Of a stretch of DNA of 64,000 nucleotides, positions 53,352 to 64,000 are shown one piece after another. The translations under genes were made by a program, and so were the position numbers. The stretch's first letter is position 1. Each line of letters begins with the position of its first letter. The DNA comes from Octopus vulgaris (taxonomy: Eukaryota): NCBI GenBank assembly GCA_951406725.2, contig OX597823.1:89404001-89468000 (forward strand), written 5' to 3'. The notes below the pieces were generated by a model, which ran no database searches, was not told the DNA's origin, and worked only from the letters and a program-made list of their open reading frames with translations.

Positions 53352-53510
53352 CAGTCGTTCTCAACAACTTTTTGCCTGTGGACTCCTTTGATGGACCCTC
53401 ACAGTCATTCAATTTTTTTTTAATCTTATATTTTTATAATTAAACATTATAAAGAATTGAATAAAAATTAGTTAAAATATTTTGTGTAATATAGAAGTTG
53501 ATAACCACTG
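53352..53510. mobile_element. hAT (Charlie-like) MITE
   Basis: TIRs cagtcgttctcaac / gttgataaccactg and an 8-bp TSD tcttaaac / tcttagac. Confidence 0.8.
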
Positions 53511-54698
53511 TCTTAGACGGTCGAGAATCGCAAAAATGATTTTTTTTTAAATTGCTAATCGTGTATGCATGGTCTGCTATAACAGCTACATTTCCCTCAA
53601 GTCACATCTTTAAAACATAAAGGAAATGACATATTAAATAAAATAGTGTTAAATGCCTCTAAAAAGTGGGATGGAATACTTTTGATAACAGATCCACTCG
53701 TTAAGCAATGACATCGATGAAACAATAAAATTGTATATTTATCTTTTACTAAAGCAATTACAGCCTGAAAGAGACATTTTAGCCATTCAAAACACATTAT
53801 TTGGTGTCAGAATGTTCATCTGTGCGACTAAGTCACACTGTCTGTGGCTTGGCACCTGACACAGTTCCGCTGTGGAACTGTGTCACTGACCAGGTCGCAG
53901 AAATTGCAACCAAATCTCCCGCAACCTTAAAATAAAATAAAAGACTCCTCGGATTGAGTAGTTTTGTATACATAAAAAGACATGGCAGCAATAGCTAAAA
54001 ATAACAGCCAAACCTCCTGCAATCTCAGCATGTTCTTAAAATAAAATAAAGGACAACATTGCATAGAGTAGACTTGGATATAATTTTAAAAACTGGGTGA
54101 GTAGCAACAGTTGGTAGCCTTTTGATGGAATGCGAGTTCGAGAGACGCTGACCTGAGGCTAAACTACAACAGCAACTATAACAACAACACCAACAATAGC
54201 AACAGATCCTACACAAGATTTGTATGGTCAAGATATCATATTCATTGGCTGAATGAAATCCTCATCATAAGATAGTATTAGTGGGTGTCAGAATAATTAA
54301 CATATGAAGCATTAAAAGCTAAAGTAGAATTATACGCGGTGAGAAAACAATTATGTTTAATCGATTGCTAATATTCACTTTCATTCATCTTTAGTCAGAG
54401 CTATGTTTGGGCTGAGACTAAAAGGCTGATAACACATCATATATGACGTCGTACGTATTACAACCACACATGCCAACCACTCTGAAACCGGAACAGTTTT
54501 AGAAGGATTGTGGAATTATATAATGTGTGGGTCTGTGTGTGTGCTACGCTTGCGCAACTGAATATACGTGTGTGTGCCTGAATGTATGTATGCATATATA
54601 TGTATGTATATATGTGTGTGTATGTATATACATATACATTTATATATGTTTGTGTTTATATGTATACAAATATACATACATACACACACACATATATA

Positions 54699-56221
54699 TA
54701 ATGATTACCGAAAAATAATGTCCAATTTCATGTAATGAGTTCAAAGCAGGATAAAACATATTGTAAATATATTTACTCACTGGAAATATAATCGCCAGCG
54801 TTGAAAATAAAATCTTCCCTCTTCAAAACCAATTTTCTGATTACTCGGACAAAAATTCAAATCAGATTCTTTAGGATGTAAAAATGTTTGGAGTACTGTT
54901 TCAACATCATCCCTGCCTTTGAATGGTTTTCCATTGGAAAGGTGTTCAAGACAACCCCAATAATTGAAAATCTGATGGTGTTGGATCTGGTAAGCCTGGT
55001 AAGTAGGGAGAGTGAAGCAGAGCTTCTCAGCCAGATGAATTATGTTTTCTTGGTTATCTTCGGTGAATGTGCCGTTGCATTATAATGTTGCAGGATAAGG
55101 CGGCGAGCAGGCAGCACACCGGACAAAACACTTAACGGCATTTCGTCCGTCTTGACGTTCTGAGTTCAAATTCCGCCGACGTCGACTTTGCTTTTCATCC
55201 CTTTGAAATCGATAAAATAAATAACAGTTGAATACTGGAGCCAATGTAACCGACTTGCTCCTCTCCTAGGATTGTTGGCGCTGTTTCAAACTTTGAAACC
55301 ATTAAGTTGCAAGATGACCCCCTTTCTGTTGATAACAGCTGTATTTTTGTTAAGGTTTTTTTTTGTTTTGCTTTGTGTTTTGAGCAAAACTTGCTTGTCG
55401 CGTTCAAGTTGTGGACAATAAGGTTCTGCGGTGATATATTTTTTCGTTTGTTTCAATAAATCCAGGGGAACAATATCTACTGTATTCTATGAAACGCACA
55501 GCAAAATCTTCGGATGCGGATCTGTTTGGAGTGTTACAACTGAATTTTCACTAGGTGATAGCGATTACTTTTGTATTTATTGTTGACATTAACTATGTAA
55601 TTCTCATCCCCTGTTCGATTAAGAAGTAATGTTTGTTCATTCCTCATCAGTAAATTGTTGAACGCACCGCTTTATTCTCAGGGGACACCTTATGAAGTAC
55701 CTAAAGTATCCACTTCCCTTTGCTACTCACTCTCCCAATCTGCTTGAGACGATCATGTAAAGTGAACCAAGGTTTATTAAACTTCAGAGATAGGATTGCC
55801 TACAATTGCTCCTTTAACTGCATGATTATTGAGAACAATTGGTCTTCCTGACTGATGTCCATCTAAAAGTCCGAAATCACTATTTTTTAATTTGTTAAAC
55901 TATCTTTGGCATTCCAAACATTCACGCCATCAAGATATACAGTACGTGTGTTTTCCTTTGCATATGTTGTGTTGTTAACCTTACGAAACTCGTCAAACAT
56001 GCAATTTCATAAATGTAGTACACGAAAGTTTTTGTCTTCCATTAGCTATCAGCTAGAGCATGTACACACAGCGTGCAGCCACATTAATGGTTGGTCATTA
56101 ACTCTATGCCGTTTAGTTGGTTGCAAGGACACCTTTTATTGGCTGGTAAACTATAAACTATTTGTGATCTAATGTCAGATTATTTGCTTGAAAATATGGC
56201 ATTACTATTCGGTCCCCCTTA
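54699..56221 (-). mobile_element. Highly decayed mariner element interrupted by a SINE
   Basis: Ends ..accgaaaaataatg / cattactattcggt.. are inverted. The minus strand gives KGVILQ[SINE]ILQHYNATAHS and LPDPTPSDFQL, a relic of PYSPDLAPSDF. Confidence 0.65.
55097..55281 (+). mobile_element. SINE family B nested in the mariner
   Basis: Consensus match, with TSD-like gttgca(g/a)gat on both sides. Confidence 0.85.
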
Positions 56222-56583
56222 TACATACACACACACACATGTGTGTGTATATATGTGTGTGAGTGTGTGTGTGTGATTGTACAAGTATATGTATGTATGC
56301 ACGTATATTTATGTATGTGTGTGTGTGTATGTCTGTGTCTGTGTGTTCACATACACACACATACTTAGGTATGGTCACATCTTCCTCAAGCTAATATGAA
56401 TGTGTTTATGCGTATATACATTGTGTATGTGTGTGTCTACGTTGTCCCTCAATTTACACGATACTCGGTGTACATTGTCTTACTTTCACACAGTTTTGAT
56501 TTGAGTCAATTTAGAAATGTGTGTGTGTGTACATACACATATATAAATATGCATATGTGTGTATATACATTCATATATGTACA

Positions 56584-56629
<46 letters not shown>

Positions 56630-56630
<1 letters not shown>

Positions 56631-56847
56631 TCTTTTACTCTTTTACTCTTTTACTTGTTTCAGTCACTTGACTGCGGCCATGCTGGAGCACCGCCTTTAA
56701 TCGAGCAACTCGACCCCAGGACTTATTCTTTTGGAAGCCCAGTACTTATTCTATCGGTCTCTTTTGCCGAACCGCTAAGTAACGGGGACATAAACACACC
56801 AGCATCGGTTGTCAAGCAATGCTAGGGGGACAAACACAGACTCACGA

Positions 56848-56884
<37 letters not shown>

Positions 56885-57046
56885 CATATATACGACGGGC
56901 TTCTTTCAGTTTCCGTCTACCAAATCCACTCACAAGGCTTTGGTCGGCCCGAGGCTATAGTAGAAGACACTTGCCCAAGGTGCCACGCAGTGGGACTGAA
57001 CCCGGAACCATGTGGTTGGGAAACAAGCTACTTACCACACAGCCAC
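56630..57046 (-). mobile_element. SINE family A, young near-consensus copy
   Basis: Near-complete reverse complement of head, internal microsatellite and tail. Confidence 0.9.
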
Positions 57047-57104
57047 ATATATATATATATATATATGAATATGCATATGTGTGTGTGTGTGTGTGTGTGT
57101 GAGT

Positions 57105-57292
57105 GTGTTTTGTCCCGCACCACCACTTGACAACCAGTGTTAGTGTGTTTACGTCCCCATAACTTAGCGGTTCGGCAAAAGTGACCGATAGAATAAGTAC
57201 CAGACTTTTAAAAAATTACTACCATGGCCAATCATTCAACTTAAAAAAATGTTCAAGGTGTTCCCCCAGCATGACTGCAGTCTAATGTCTAA
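57105..57292 (+). mobile_element. SINE family A 3' half
   Basis: ttgtcccgcaccaccacttgacaacc...cttagcggttcggcaaaa...ccccagcatgactgcagtctaatg. Confidence 0.8.
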
Positions 57293-57477
57293 AGCCGATG
57301 TTCCGTGTGAAAGGCTTGAAAATGGTTGAATACTTCCTTAACATAAAACTAATGGTAGCCTTTAGACAGAAATAGAGAATCTTTATCTACCAATGCTATG
57401 TTGAATATTCATTCTCTTTGTCCGATCTTTACGTACATACACATATGCGTGTCTGTGTCTGTGTGTATGTATGTGTA

Positions 57478-57508
<31 letters not shown>

Positions 57509-58134
57509 ATGTATGTATGTATGTATGCATGCATGCATCTATGTATGTGTGTATGTATACTGGACAGTTACACATCGATTTTTCATATTTAATGTATAAG
57601 TCAGCATGCACGGTGATCCTTCATATCATAATAAATCAATATTAGACTTCTTCAATTTTCTCTCGTTTTAATTTTCATGTTTCCTCCTTGATACAATTTT
57701 TTCACCTCCTCCATTTCTTCGCTTCATCCATAAACCTAATACACGAGAGGTGTATCAATTTTTTCCGACATTTCATCTTTATCTCCCCAACACACATACA
57801 TATTACATACGACTTATACGTTCAAAAATCTCAAAAGCCTTTCCACATACAAACTTAATTAGCACTTTCTTCACCAAAATGTGTGCGTGAGGCACAGACA
57901 GACAGGCAGTGTATATATGCGTATGCTTATGTGCGTATTGTGTATGTGTCTAAGCGTGCACGTGTGTGTGAGTGTGTGTGTGTGCGATTGAGCTTACGTA
58001 GACATACATAACAGCATCCATACGAATGCTTGCGGTTGTATGTACAAAGATATCAAATGAAAATGAGTACGTGTGATTGTGTCTGCCAGCTATATATATA
58101 TATATATGTATGTATACATACATATATGCACACA

Positions 58135-58183
<49 letters not shown>

Positions 58184-58452
58184 GCACACACATACGTCTG
58201 TATTCACTTACTATACACATAATACATACATACATACATACATACATACATACATACATACATACATACATAATTACATATATACATACATACATTCATA
58301 CATACTACATACTAGCATACATAACAAACATATATATTCATACATGCAAATATCACACAAAAACAGGTGGTGATAAAAAGAAGTAACAACACAGATTCAC
58401 AAAATGCGCAACAGAAGGGAAAGGTTTTCACATTTGGACCTAAGACCTTCAA

Positions 58453-58539
<87 letters not shown>

Positions 58540-58671
58540 GCGGAAAAAAAGAAAGAAAGAAAGAAAGAAAGGCGGAAAAAAGAAAGAAGGAAAGAAAAGG
58601 AAAACATAAATAACAAAAAAGCCGGAGAGAAAAACCTATTTATAGTTATGTATTAATACAAACGTATATGA

Positions 58672-58790
58672 AGGCGGCGAGTTGGCAGAATCGTTAACAC
58701 GTCAAGCAAAATGCTTAACCTCATTTCGTCGGTCTTTGCGCTCTGTGTTCAAATTCCACCGAAGTTGACTTTGCCTTTTATTCTTTTGGT
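58672..58790 (+). mobile_element. SINE family B, 3'-truncated
   Basis: aaggcggcgagttggcagaatcgttaac...gttcaaattccaccgaagttgactttgcc. Confidence 0.8.
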
Positions 58791-59556
58791 GGTGAATGCT
58801 AATGCAATGTAGGTAGGATTAATAGATACCGTCTCTTACAGCTGTTTCTGGGATATCCCAGGTTCTATATACTAAGGGTTTCATCATTGGAGAAATATAA
58901 GCAGGAAATGATAAGTAGGAACGTTTGTTGCATAGAAAATTGCTGCCGTGAGGTGTTCTCGTCTGGGAGCTCACATTGAAATTTGTCCAGTTGCTTTTTG
59001 AACGCTTCTACATCTACACTTTGTAGATATGTTAGGTTCTTTGACAGAATGTTAAACAGTGGTGGTTCCCTGAAACCCAAGCTGTTTCAATACTGTGTCT
59101 TTCTCTGAGATGAGGAAGACAGTATCTCTGATATTATGCAGTGCCGTCCAGTTCGGTGGTTGGTTTAGCTTTTAATTCCAAAGTTGGGAACTAGACCTTC
59201 CAGGATATTCCATATGTATATCACTGCATACCTTTTTCGCTTTCTCTCTCTCTGGGAATAGAGCTTCAGTTCTTGTAGACTTTTCCAGTAGCTCATCTGT
59301 TTCACCAAGTCAATTTTCTTTGTTCAGTTGTGCTAGATTGCCTCAAATTCTGCCACCACTTTGACGCTCTGCGACGACCACATGTGGGAGTAGTAATCCA
59401 GGCGACTAAGGACAAATGTCCTCCATAGAAGTAACAAGGTATCCTTATTTCTGGTTCTGAATGATCTAAGGACCCATCCAGCTACTCGCCTGCAGGATGT
59501 TGCCATCCTGGCAATATGCACATAGAATGTTGCATCACTACTCATGTGGATTCCCA

Positions 59557-60795
59557 CGGGGGACGTTCAATAAGTAATGCCTCTGACCCACTTGCAGTTG
59601 TTTGATTACAAGTGGCAGATTACAGAATTGTGGTTTCTGATTTACAGGTGTTTGAACCGAGTCAAGTGTGAAATGGAGCCTGTTGAGTGTCGAGCAGTGA
59701 TCCGGTTTTTGTATTTGAAAGGACGCACACCACGGGAGACTTTTGATGAAATGAAAGTAACTTATGGTAATGATGCCCCATCATATGACCTTGTAAAACG
59801 CTGGCATCGTGAATTCAAACATGGTCGGAACTCTGTGGAAACAGCTCCCAGATCTGGTCGCCCCCTTCTGCCATTGATGAGGCATCTGTCCGTCAAGTTG
59901 AGGCTGCCATTTTGGAAGATCGACGCATGATTATTCGCCAAATAGCCCATGAGGTCAAGATTAGTACCGGGTCTGTGGAAACTATCATTCATGACCATTT
60001 GCATATGCAAAAGGTGTCTGCCAGATGGATTCCCAGGTTGCTCACGCCTTTCCAGAAGCAAGAACGCGTCGAGTGCTCGAGGGTGAATTTGGAGATGTGC
60101 CAAGAAGATGAGTCAAAATTTTTCAAAAGACTGATTACACAGGATGAAACCTGGGTCCATCACGATGATCCAGAGACCAAAGCCCAGTCAATGCAGTGGA
60201 AGCACAGTGACTCACCCCCTCCAAAGAAGGCAAGGGTGCAGCCCTCCGCTGGCAAGATCATGCTCACAGTCTTCTGGGACCAGGACGGAGTAGTGATGAC
60301 AGATTTCCTGGCAAAGGGTACCACAATTGCAGGAGCCTATTATGCTTCACTTTTGAGGAAATTAAGAGAAGTTATCAAAATCAAGAGGCGGGGCAAGATC
60401 AGCAAAGGCATCCTCCTCCTGCAGGACAACGCTCCGGTCCACAACTCGCTTGTCGCCAGATCAGAAGCACAGGCGTATGGCTATGAACTCCTCCCCATCC
60501 CCCTACTTTCCTGACCTTGCACCCTCTGATTTTCACCTCTTCCCAATCATGAAGTTGTTTTTGAAAGGAAAGCGTTTCCCAGATGATGCAGCCTTGATTT
60601 CTGAAGTCACGTTCAGGTTGGAGGACCAAGCTGGGTTCTTCTACAAAAACGGTTTCCAGAGCCGCATCAAACGATGGTAGAAATACATAACTCTGGGTGG
60701 TTCCTATGTAGAAAAAGACTAATAACTGTGCCAAGTTTCGTTGCTCTACTGCTATGGGAAGTGGGTCAGGGGATTTACTTATTGAACGCCCCTCG
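59557..60795 (+). mobile_element. Mariner transposon (irritans-like), full length (~1.24 kb)
   Basis: TIRs cgggggacgttcaataagtaatgcctctgacccac / gtgggtcaggggatttacttattgaacgcccctcg. Right flank is TA and left flank is CA (mutated TSD). Confidence 0.92.
59673..60722 (+). pseudogene. Mariner DD34D transposase pseudogene
   Basis: MEPVECRAVIRFL, WIPRLLT, ITQDETW, LLQDNAPVH and PYFPDLAPSDFHLF. Two frameshifts (~59865, ~60497) and a premature stop at 60678. Confidence 0.92.
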
Positions 60796-61084
60796 TAAGT
60801 CACGCATCGATTCTAAATCCGGGATTGCACTGACTCCCGGTCCTACGTATTTCAATTGTAATGTGTTTGTGAGCCAATAGCGGAGTGCTTGAAACTTATC
60901 AGCATTGAACTGCCTGTTATTTTCATCAGCCAATTTGTGTATTGCATGCAGGTCATTTTGCGGTTTTACTATGTCATCAGGATCCTTGACCGCCTGAGGC
61001 ACCTTTGTATCATCAGTATAGCTGGTGAGAGTAGCTGTTTGTGAGCAAGTTATTCTCCTCCATGGCCTTTTATCATTGAAATCT

Positions 61085-61128
<44 letters not shown>

Positions 61129-61254
61129 ATTACTACAGGCTTAAGCTAAGATAAAGTAGTCATTGCGAAAGCTGAATAATGTTGTTATCGTCTGTAATAT
61201 AATTTACAAGAAATATAAAATAAAGCAGTATACTAAAGTAGCAACAGTATTGGC

Positions 61255-61296
61255 GGCAGCAGCAGCAGTTGCAGTAGCAGTTGCAGCAGCAGTAGC

Positions 61297-61347
<51 letters not shown>
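61255..61347. repeat. (GCA)n/(GTA)n trinucleotide tract
   Basis: Direct inspection. Confidence 0.9.
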
Positions 61348-61467
61348 CTCCTAATCTCTCTCTGAGAATATATGTCACATATTAAGACCACAATACTTGT
61401 TTTGAAATATTTTTGTATAATTTTGTTAGAGGACCAAGGCGTTATTCATGTTTGTATATGCTCTCTT

Positions 61468-61521
<54 letters not shown>

Positions 61522-61579
61522 TATATATATATACGCATACATATATGTATGTATGTACGTGTGTGTGTTTGCGTATGTA

Positions 61580-61627
<48 letters not shown>

Positions 61628-61944
61628 AACACACACATATATATACATACATATTTAAATACATATACATATATATATATATATATTCATATGTTTATGC
61701 ATTAGTGGGGATGTATGCATTTAGTGAGCGGTACATATGTAAGAGCATAAGGTTGTATATGAAAATTAGGTTGTATGTACAAGTGTATGACTATGAGAGA
61801 AAGAGAGAGAAAGGGAGAAAAAGTAAAACTGATTACGTGAGCGAGGAGATTGAAAGATGCAATGTGTACATGTGTGTGCATATGTTTGTGTGTGTCAGTT
61901 ATCTATGTATAGGATGAATATGTCTGGATATTATGTTTCAGCGT

Positions 61945-62095
61945 GATGTTTACACACAGATCTTAGCGGTTCGGCAAAAGACCGATAGAATAAGTCCTAG
62001 GCTTACAAAGAATAAGTCCTAAAGTCGATTTGTTCGATTAAAGGCGGTACTCCAGCATGGCCAGTCAAATGACTGAAACAAGTAAAAGAATAAAA
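61945..62095 (+). mobile_element. SINE family A 3' half
   Basis: cttagcggttcggcaaaagaccgatagaataagt...aaggcggtactccagcatggccagtcaaatgactgaaacaagtaaaagaa. Confidence 0.85.
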
Positions 62096-62113
62096 ATATG
62101 CACACACACACAC

Positions 62114-62182
<69 letters not shown>

Positions 62183-62185
<3 letters not shown>

Positions 62186-62593
62186 CGGCAGCATAGCCCG
62201 GCGTTTCCTGTGGTATGTTTTCTCGAGCCCACTAGTAGGCAACGACTAATCCCCATCTAGTCCTTTTCCCTCTAGGGAACTTGACAGGCGCATGTGTAGG
62301 TTGTCATCTTCTCTAACACTCGAATACTTCTGTGTATACGATGTTCCTAGCTGTCGAGTTGTGTCCCCTAGACAGAAAATGTGTTGCATATAAAAAGCTT
62401 AGATTCTCGAGACCCATGTCGAATTTCTCGATTTTTTTCAGAACTGGGAGAACTTTTCAAAATTTTCGCTGCGTTGGTTTTGAATTATGACATTGGGCTA
62501 TGTGTGTGTCAAGTTTCATCAGAATCGGTTGAAAGCCGTGGTCAGAGTGAGGGTACAACCTGACAGACACACAGACAGACAAACTGCCGTTTA
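62183..62593. mobile_element. Helentron/Helitron-like non-autonomous element in (TA)n
   Basis: Short inverted ends aacggcag / ctgccgtt. The internal caagtttcatcagaatcgg and (acag)n are typical of HINE/Lep1-like elements. Confidence 0.55.
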
Positions 62594-62888
62594 TATAGAT
62601 ATATATATATATATATATATGGTGCAGGAGAAAGTGAGCAAGGGAGATAAGAGGTATGTTTGTCATACAATACCGCGATCATAGTTCGATCCTACAGAGT
62701 GGCATTTGGAAACAGTGTCTTCTGCTGTAGCATTGTATTGACCCTTTGACCAGTGAATGGAATTTGATTGATGAACTTGTGCAAAAGCTTGTATATATAC
62801 ATGCATATATATCTATGTATTATGTAGGTATATTTATATATTACTATCGTATATATAATTGAATATACATGTATATACATAAATATAT

Positions 62889-62976
<88 letters not shown>

Positions 62977-64000
62977 CACATACATATAAACACGTTTTCC
63001 TAATTTGTGACAGTGTTCCTGTTAAGAGGAGATAAATGATTTCATACGTCTAGCTTTAATATTTTGGGATTCTAGTTTCCGCAGAAAACTTTCTCTTCTA
63101 ATTAACAGTGAGCATGACACATGTGTCTGCATTATACACCGCGCAATACACCGTATTTAGTTGGTCCGACAATGTCAAAGTCTATGTTCTCGGCAATAAG
63201 TGCAGATGTAACTCCGCAGTCAAGAGCTGGAAGCACACAGGCGCCCACAATTGTCACAACGACAGTCATTAGTACAGTTGGAAAGGTGAGACACCTGTAC
63301 GTGAAGTTACTTTAAGTGGGACTGCCGTTACACAGGGACCATCCCACTGTCTCAGCAGAAGGAAACATGACCCATTGGCACGGGAAAACGTTACGGCTGA
63401 AGACAGGAACTGCTGCAGTGGATAATCAGGACTTCATAGTCTCGACATATAGGCGGTCCACAACGCCCACTGGTACTGCCTTCCTGACTGTTGGGCCTTT
63501 CTGGTAGACTCTTCAGCACAGTCCGCCAGAACCAGTATTCGCATGCATGGATAGACAAGCCCCTATCTCAATGAAGGTTTGAGACCCGTTGGTTACCTTC
63601 ACCTGGTTTAGCCCACTAGTCGAATCGTATACAAATGCATCAAATACCATGCAACATAAATTCTTGATTCATTGATTCATTGCAGTTATCTCCGCCTCTA
63701 GAGGATGTGTCAGTATTGCCAAATGATAAGATATCCGGAGGACAGTTGTGGACACATATTTCCGTCTCAATAGGCGTCATCCGCACGACAATTATCCAGA
63801 AGCCAAGAGACTTGGACATTCACAAAAAAGAGTTGTACACATTTATGGCTGTACATAATACATACGTATTAACCTACAATATCTTAATATATATTAAGCG
63901 ATTAATATATATCTGTATGCATGTGTGTATATATATATGTGGAGGGTGCGTGCTTGTCTCTTTGTATCTGTGTTTGTCGCCCACCACCGCTTGACAACCG

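Larger units (their letters stand above)
58900..61045 (-). mobile_element. CR1-group LINE RT fragment, split by the mariner at 59557-60795
   Basis: LTSYTDDTKV...FNADKFQALRY...MRDL|GIHMSSDA...WRTFVLSRLDYYSHMWS...LFNILSKNL...AFKKQLDKF. Related to 45097-45870. Confidence 0.85.

Noticed and set aside
63100-63830. More GC-rich block possibly derived from a restriction-endonuclease-type LINE
   Set aside because: No motif could be read unambiguously. A profile search would be needed.

Overview
AT-rich eukaryotic DNA saturated with microsatellites. The SINE families and the (TA)n/(TATG)n/(GATA)n load point to an animal genome, most likely a cephalopod such as Octopus (inference). Almost every ORF in the supplied track is translated microsatellite. 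No intact host gene was recognised, only one candidate 96-nt exon (20188-20283). The window consists mainly of decayed transposons: a Chapaev3-type DNA transposon nested in a Tc1/mariner-type MITE, a full-length Tc1 element, an irritans-like mariner nested in a CR1-group LINE, a second decayed mariner interrupted by a SINE, hAT and mariner MITEs, Helentron-like (HINE) elements, RTE, CR1-group and R4/Dong LINE fragments, and about 30 tRNA-derived SINE copies from at least three families. The most unusual signal is a set of short inserts in (TA)n tracts carrying hammerhead ribozyme (HHR) motifs, probably Penelope-like element ends. They include one canonical HHR (22495-22574, minus strand), a spacer-less ~450-bp fold-back palindrome with an HHR motif on each strand (38212-38660), and two related copies of a minimal HHR with a non-canonical CUGU core (34344-34379 and 44977-45012). 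Other notable points are a LINE/SINE pair sharing a 3' stem-loop and signs of repeated SINE insertion at the same site. All coordinates were read by eye, so element ends may be off by a few bases.
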